From Octopus vulgaris (Eukaryota), in assembly GCA_951406725.2 (NCBI GenBank), contig OX597840.1, positions 3,658,001 through 3,722,000 of the forward strand: a stretch of DNA of 64,000 bases. Reading direction: 5' to 3'. The translations under genes and the position numbers were made by a program. Under the pieces are notes generated by a model. The model was not told the origin of the DNA. It saw nothing but the letters and a program-made list of their open reading frames with translations, and made no database searches. Positions 57,943 to 64,000 of the stretch are shown here, piece by piece. Positions within the stretch are counted from its first letter, which is position 1; every line of letters starts with the position of its first letter.

Positions 57943-58554
57943 AAGAAGAAGAAGAGAATAGGAATCATGTTAGTGATGGAGATGGTGATTATGAAGAGGA
58001 TGGTGAGAAGCGAGGTAGGGTTGAGGATAGTGATGACAATGATGACGAAGATGGTGATGACTATGACGATGATGATGATGAATATGACGATGATAATAAT
58101 GATGATGATGACGATGATGATGACGATGGTGATGATGATGATGACAATGATAATACGATGATGATGATGATGATGATGATGGTGATGACGATGGTGATGA
58201 CGATGGTGATGACGATGGTGATGATGATGATGGTTCAGACTTAAATATACTTTGTCGTTGTCGCTGTTGTCGGCGTCGTCATTGTTCTTGTTATATTAGC
58301 CGTAGATTCGTATAACTCGTTACTGACATTACTACAGTATCAAAACAAAATTCCGTATTTTCATATTTTTTCCTATTCTAAAAATCTAATCAAGCAATAA
58401 TATTCCTTCTTCGAAACCTTCCCTTCCATTCGGATGCTTTGCACTTTCTCTAGTTCACTGATTCTCAAGTATTTCTTAGTATTTGGTATAATTCTATTAT
58501 CTAGTACGGCATTCGTATTCTTCATTAACTTTTCTCTCTTCAATAGTATCCTTA

Positions 58555-59020
58555 ATTTCCTTTAAAATGTTTCAGCCCGAAGGCTGCGGCCATACTGGGG
58601 CACCACCGCCGAATGAGCTACACTAATATGTGAATCCACCTCTGATACGTGGCACTTGGTCAACAAGGGAGTTTGATGCCGCTGCCCGCATCTGTGTCTC
58701 CTGTCGTGAGGTAGGTTCATCTGGGACCCCCGACAAGAAGAGTTCCAGTTTAGTTTTAAAGAAACCCACATCCACACCATGAAAGCCTCTCAGGCATTTA
58801 GGGAGGATGTTAAAGAGCTGTGGTCCTCTGAAACCCAAGCTGTTGCAGTATCTGGTCCTGTATTTTGATGGTGATGTTGGAATCTTTGGAATCTTTGGCA
58901 CCATGCAGTGGCGCCCCGTTCTGCGCTTGAGGTAACTTTGAATGCCAAAGTTTGGGACAAGACCGTCCAGGATTTTCCAGCTGTATATCACCGCATATCT
59001 CTGCCGCCTTCGCTCTAGTA
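58555..59020 (-). mobile_element. 5'-truncated CR1-group-like LINE: ORF2 C-terminus and 3' UTR
   Basis: Open frame LERRRQRYAVIYSWKILDGLVPN...NSLGFRGPQLFNILP..LR....FFKTKLELFL..VPDEP to a stop at 58623, followed by the tail ggtgccccagtatggccgcagccttcgggctgaaac. Confidence 0.85.
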
Positions 59021-59404
59021 TCTTGATGCTTTTTAATTTTTGCTTAGCGTTTTTCCCTTTCAAATCTGTCATACTTCCATCATTTAGTGAATCTATTTAT
59101 TCTCTCAAAAACTGTTTCTACTAATTTATTATTCGTAGCGTATAAATCGAGGTCAATCATAAACAAAATGTAGTGTTTATCTCCCTGTAATATTTATATT
59201 CAGTTCCTGTCCGGCACAACCGTTGCCGCGTATGTTACTACTATTTCTGTTCTGTATTCAAATACAACCTATATCAGCTTTGCATCCATATTTTCAGTGT
59301 CGATAAAATAAAATACCAATAGAATAATGAAGGCGTTGGTATCGATTATATCGTTTTTCTCAAAATTATTAGCTTTGTGACTAAATTTGAAATCATTACT
59401 ATTA

Positions 59405-59528
59405 GGAGTGGCTGTGTGGTAAGTAGCTTGCTTACCAACCACATGGTTCTGGTTTCAGTCCCACTGCGTGGCACCTTGGGCAAGTGTTTTCTACTATAGC
59501 CTCGGGACAACCAAAGTCTTGTGAGTGG
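59405..59528 (+). mobile_element. SINE family B 5' part
   Basis: ggagtggctgtgtggtaag...ttgtgagtgga. Confidence 0.88.
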
Positions 59529-59555
59529 AAACTACAAGTGATGCTCTTATGGTTA

Positions 59556-60315
59556 CTATATTGAAAGTGTTCTGCATAGGTTGCGTGCAGTGCCCAGTAG
59601 TGCAATTTTCTGTATGTTATATATATTTGTAAGTCCTGGTGTTTCTGTTATGTATTTGTCTGAATATTTTTTATCATACCTAATGCGCCTGCAATGATAG
59701 GAATTGTTTCTGTTTTTAGACTCCACATTCGAGTTACCCCAATTTCCAGGTCTTTGTATTTTGAAAGTTTCTCCATTTCTTTTAGAGAAACGTTGCCATC
59801 AGCTGGTATTGATACATCAATTAGAAAGCATTTGTTTCTTCATGATCTCTGACAGGGAATTACAACCATGTTTCGAGGTCTGCTACCACAACAGCTCCTT
59901 TATAGGATCCAGTTAGCCCAAGACATCATCAGGAGAAACCACATCCAGTTTCGGCCCCTACTCCTCTACCGTTTTGACATGACCTTTCGGAGGTGTCTTC
60001 AGCTCTGGTGTTGGGTGCGTGTCTTCTTTCTTCTTCTTCTGTTCCCTGGCCTCTTCGATGTATCGTCAGCGAGTGTCAGCCGGTGACTGACTGACTTGTC
60101 AAATTTTTCCCTTTAAATACCTTACTACTACTACTACTGCTGCTGCTGATGATGATGATGATGATGCTACTACTTCTACTACAACTTCTACTACATCTGG
60201 CCTATTGGCCTGAATTTCTCTATCTGTGTATATTGGCATATCCCAGAGTAGGGTTGCTTTCTCGTTTTCTGTGACCTTTTCTGGCGTGTGCCTATACCAT
60301 CTCTTTTCTGTTGTT
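59556..60315 (-). pseudogene. R4/Dong-like non-LTR retrotransposon restriction-like endonuclease remnant, split by an insertion
   Basis: 60315-60190 reads KRWYRHTPEKVTENEKATLLWDMPIYTDREIQANRPDVV. 59855-59556 reads VRDHEE..LIDVSIPADGNVSLKEMEKLSKYKDLEIGVTRMWSLKTETIPIIAGALG...IQKIALLGTA..RTLSI*, with frameshifts. Confidence 0.88.
59860..59937 (-). ncRNA. Degenerate hammerhead motif in the insert splitting the R4-like element
   Basis: Minus strand: CTGATGA-tgtct...agacc-tc-GAAAC-atg-GTT. Stem I is poorly paired. Confidence 0.45.
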
Positions 60316-60796
60316 TTTCTTTATTATTATTGCTATTATTATTTAAGTTAACGTAGAAGTGAGTTGTAGCTTCTAACATAGAGACAGGGCTTGGAACTTC
60401 CAAGGAAGTGTAGAGAATCTTTCTTGCATTTCTATCACTACCACTTCAATTTGCGGTCTTATAAAGCATTAAGTAGCCATTCTAAGGTGTGTTGCCGCAA
60501 TTTCATGTCTTATCTATGTACAAAGAAGGGGTAGATAGACCTTTTTCCGTATAGAAATCTAACACTGTTTGATATTTTGCACAATCTCAGTAGATGCAAA
60601 CACACGCAAAATCACACAAACTTCCACACATATACATATATTTACACGCACACATGCACACACGCATGGAGACACAGTCACACAAACACACACATATATG
60701 TGTGCACGTGCGTGTGTGTGTCTATATATATAATCACATTTATATACACAAGCAGAGATATATATGTATAAATAAAGCACACATCTATGTAAAAGC

Positions 60797-60851
<55 letters not shown>

Positions 60852-60864
60852 TGCAAATACACAA

Positions 60865-60922
<58 letters not shown>

Positions 60923-60935
60923 GTACTATATGTAC

Positions 60936-60975
<40 letters not shown>

Positions 60976-61117
60976 ATATACATTCGAATCAGTTTCGTAT
61001 ATATTTATACATATATGTATGTATGTGTATGTACGTTAACATGTGTGTGTATATTCGTTTGTGAAAGCTTGTGTGTGTTTGTATGCGTATGTGTCTGTGC
61101 GTGTTTGAACGCATTTG

Positions 61118-61270
<153 letters not shown>

Positions 61271-61385
61271 GTGTGTGTGTGAATTGTGACAATTATTCCA
61301 CTGTTGTGACTATTACTCCGGTTTTCTCACCGACCAGGCGGTCCTTAGATAACATTTCAAAGAAGAAATATTCTAAGACTACATA

Positions 61386-61427
<42 letters not shown>

Positions 61428-61750
61428 TTATATATATACATATCATTATATACATTGTGTGTATAAATTTGTATGTCTGTGAGAGCGTTTATATATACCT
61501 ATGTGATTCAGGTAGGCACGCGTGTTTCTTTATGTATATTATATATACATATAAATGTATATATATAATGAAAAGTTTATAGGTTCAAACGGCTCTCAGC
61601 AACTATGACACGCGCACACGCGATCACTCATTTACACACAATCATAGTTACACATACACACACTCTCCCTCCTCTTCCTTTCTCTCTTTCTCTCTCTCCC
61701 TGCATATATATAAGTATATGTATATATGTATGTGTATATATCCATATATT

Positions 61751-61801
<51 letters not shown>

Positions 61802-62168
61802 ATATATATATACATATATTCAATATTCATATATACACTCATATATAGATGTATTTCTTGCTGCTTTGAGAATTTCTGTGTTCGTGTGTGTATGTGTGTG
61901 TGGAAGGGGCGCTAGCTTTTGATATATAACGTAAGTATGTACGCTTCACTGAATTCATTTATTATATAAGTATGAAAGTATGAATATATAAATGCAACTA
62001 TACATATATATGTGTGTGTATGTGTGTGTGAGAAAGAGAGAGAGAGAGAAAGTGTGTGTGTGTTTGTGTGTGAGTCCGTTTATATAAAGATATATATATA
62101 TATACATATACATATCTATTTTATGTACACCTTTTTATGTATTTGTATTAATATATATTCATATATAC

Positions 62169-62212
<44 letters not shown>

Positions 62213-62435
62213 GTATATTATATATATACATATATACATATATAAGTATATATGCACGCATATATATATATATACATATATACATACATGTATTATTCAC
62301 ATATATAATTTTATATACATACATATGCAATTATGTATATGTATGCAAATATATATGTATGTATGTATATATATGTATACATATGTATATATGTATATAT
62401 ATGTATACATATGTATATATGTATATATATGTGTG

Positions 62436-62481
<46 letters not shown>

Positions 62482-63726
62482 TGTATGTATGTATGTACGT
62501 ACGTATGTACGTATATGAGTGAGTGTGTGTGTGTGTGTGTATACATATATATGCATATATAAACGTAGGGAATCACCCCTCTCCCTCTCCTGGCCACACT
62601 TCCCTTTCATCTCTGCCCATCTCTCGCCTATAAAATATAAACAAAATTTGAACGTAAGCAATATTATAGAGTGTGTAGTGGTGGTGGAGGGGGAGTGACG
62701 TTGATAATAAAGGGAAGCAACCTTATCAAAGAGACCAAAACAACAACAACAACAACAACAGCAGCAGCAGCAGCAACAACAACAACAACAACAGCAATAA
62801 GAAGGACGATGTAGTTGACCATGACAACGATCAGCCTTAAGAGAGCCAAGAACGATAACAACGACGACCACAACAACAAGATCAGCAACACGATAAGAAC
62901 AGCGATTATACATACAGGAATAATGACAAGAACAGCATCAAAAAGCGACGAGAACAACAACAACAGAAACAGGTGGAAAGATCGATAAGAACAACATCGA
63001 TAAGAACAACAACAACAACAACAATAACGAAAGCAACAACAGTGACTTCGTGACTTCAATAAAACAAAGACAATGACACCAAGGGAGGTCTCTGTATTCG
63101 CCCTGTAGAAATAGCAGCTAAATCTCCTGGAAATTACTCACTTGCTTGAGAGTTGCTGGGCATGCTGGATAATATTTGTGTTCCTCTAAATGGGAAAAAA
63201 AAATTGACGGGAACGTCACCGTTGGATTGTGTAAAATCGTTGGATCATTCAGTCGAGACTCGCTGGCTCGGGGCTAAACAACAACTACTACTGCTGCTGC
63301 TGCTGCAGTTATTGCATGAACAATGATATAATAACACCGCGAAGAAGAGGAGGAGGAGGAGGAAGAAGAAGAAGAAGAAGAAGAAGAAGAACGATGAGGA
63401 AGAGGAGGGGAAGGATGAGGAATTCGATAACCACGACCACCACAACGAAAACGTAAAATACAGGAGTAACAAAACTCGAATTAGAAACCGCTCTCGTTCT
63501 CCCTCTTTCTTACTCTATCGCCTTATGAAAGAATGAAACATCGACCAGAAGGTCGTAGTTAGAACGCCGTCGGTGAGACGTATGTTGAAAGAGGGCTTCC
63601 CTGGCCCTTAACTACGACTATGACACCAACGCTAACAATACCAAGGAAACAATAACTACACTAGCAAATATGACAACAGCAACGTTAACGTCAACAACAA
63701 TAATTCCTTCTACGATTGGTACAAGT

Positions 63727-64000
63727 GGAGGCACATGGCGTAGTGGTTAGAGCAGCGGACTCGCGGTCGAGGGATCGCGGGTTCGAATCTCAGACCGGGC
63801 GATGTGTGTATTTATGAACGAAAACACCTAAGCTCCACGCGGCTCCGGCAGAAGGGAATGGCAAAACTTCTGCTGACTCTTTCGCCACAATTTTCTCTCA
63901 CTCTTTCCTCCTTCATCTTGCAGCTCATCTGCGACGGACCGGCGTCCTGTCCAGGTGGGGAACCTATACGCCAAGGAAACCGGGAAACCGGCCCTTATGA
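63727..64000 (+). mobile_element. tRNA-derived SINE, family C head with a different 3' body, running off the window
   Basis: ggaggcacatggcgtagtggttagagcagcggactcgcgg...gggttcgaatctc. Diverges from family C after ttctctcactctttc. Confidence 0.88.

Overview
AT-rich eukaryotic non-coding DNA. Its SINE families and extreme microsatellite load look like an octopus/coleoid cephalopod genome (recognition from memory, not a search). I see no intact protein-coding gene, and nearly all listed ORFs are microsatellite read-through. The window contains (TA)n, (CA)n, (GATA)n, (AAT)n, (ATC)n and (AGT)n arrays, at least four tRNA-derived SINE families (called A, B, C and E here), decayed LINE pieces (RTE, CR1-like, R4/Dong-like), a non-autonomous Helitron and Tc1/mariner/pogo remnants. 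The most striking signal is a dense and diverse set of short elements that carry type I hammerhead ribozyme motifs, often inserted in (TA)n. There are about 11 good and several degenerate motifs on both strands, often with palindromic helix III. They include a ~1.3-unit partial tandem whose end maps next to the predicted cleavage site, long fold-back palindromes, and a four-copy family with a non-canonical CUGUNGAA core. Other notable items are a LINE/SINE shared 3' stem-loop with compensatory changes, a patchwork inverted templated duplication, a ~150-bp satellite and an 11-bp minisatellite matching a SINE head.
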